Origin: Macrostomum lignano
Lineage: Eukaryota
Reading direction: 5' to 3'
DNA length: 64,000 nt
Assembly (NCBI GenBank): GCA_002269645.1
Contig: NIVC01001175.1
Coordinates: forward strand, 62,001-126,000
Made by a program: the position numbers and the translations under genes. The notes under the pieces were generated by a model. It was given only the letters and a program-made list of their open reading frames with translations. It searched no databases and had not been told where the DNA came from. Below, piece after piece: positions 59,880 through 64,000 of the stretch (positions within the stretch are counted from its first letter, which is position 1; every line of letters begins with the position of its first letter).

Positions 59880-63461
<3,582 letters not shown>

Positions 63462-63636
63462 CAAGACGGACCCTAACCGATGGCGTGCTGCTCTAAAAGT
63501 CCTGACTATCTTTGTGTGCATCAATCAGTTCTCAAAAAAGCAGCACTGACCGTGAGCAGTGTGTTGCAGGCTACGCAGGAAGCAGTCGGACAGAACAATG
63601 TGAAAGTATCTCTTAACTGGTAGCCATGGCTACCTT

Positions 63637-63728
63637 GAGGGAGAGGGAGAGAATGAGAAAGGGAGAGAATGAGAGAGTGACAGAGTGAGAGAGTGGGAGA
63701 GTGGGAGAGTGGGAGATTGGGACAGAGA
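63637..63728. repeat. GA-rich low-complexity repeat
   Basis: Direct observation. Confidence 0.85.
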
Positions 63729-64000
63729 GCTACGCCTCTCCAGCCCCCCCCCCACGTTCAACTCTGTGCATGCATCGCTTTGTCGGGTAGAGGCGGAAGT
63801 GTTGCACTGGTCTTGAGACAATGAACTCCCAAATGAGTACTGAGCTCTTTTTCTCAGAGCGTCCTTGACGACTAGCTCAAGGAAGCTAGTTGCTAGTAGT
63901 AGAAGCAAGTTGAGAGAATTTGGTTGAGTCATTGAGTACTAGTACAGTAGATCTTAGCCAAGTCAGTTGCTTCTTTCGCTGATGATAAGCATTTAACGTC

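Noticed and set aside
63480-63623. 47-aa ORF with faint similarity to Tx1-type LINE ORF1 N-termini (VSSVLQATQEAVGQNNV)
   Set aside because: Too short, and no downstream ORF1 or ORF2 evidence.

Overview
Eukaryotic, repeat-saturated genomic DNA. GC-rich exons, AT-rich introns filled with minisatellites and CTAAT-type branch points with weak polypyrimidine tracts suggest an invertebrate, possibly a free-living flatworm such as Macrostomum (inference only). Host genes: (1) a + strand gene at 812-13990 whose last three exons encode the SLK/STK10 (Slik) C-terminal coiled coil. No kinase exon lies in the window; a Q/H/P-rich exon is splice-phase compatible upstream. (2) Two intact, inverted, three-exon paralogs (25783-26360 +, 58346-58933 -) of a small 8-Cys, GPI-anchored Ly6/three-finger-like protein, plus an internally deleted third copy (~45775-45990). 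The intact pair differ mainly by amino-acid replacements in inter-cysteine loops while their 3' flanks stay ~94% identical. Mobile DNA: a near-intact mariner (4330-5633) and a mariner fragment; a decayed Gypsy element (~29.2-41.1 kb, -) carrying nested insertions (Vingi/Ingi-like LINE with a 2A-like peptide, tRNA-derived SINE, Chapaev3-like and Harbinger-like DNA elements); a Ginger/Gypsy-type integrase relic; a 5'-truncated RTE LINE; a second SINE; and a 356-bp island with a minimal hammerhead ribozyme motif inside a GATA microsatellite. About 20 tandem arrays occupy roughly half the window and explain most long ORFs in the track. No CRISPR, rRNA or bona fide tRNA genes. All alignments and counts were done by eye, and family names come from recalled motifs rather than searches.
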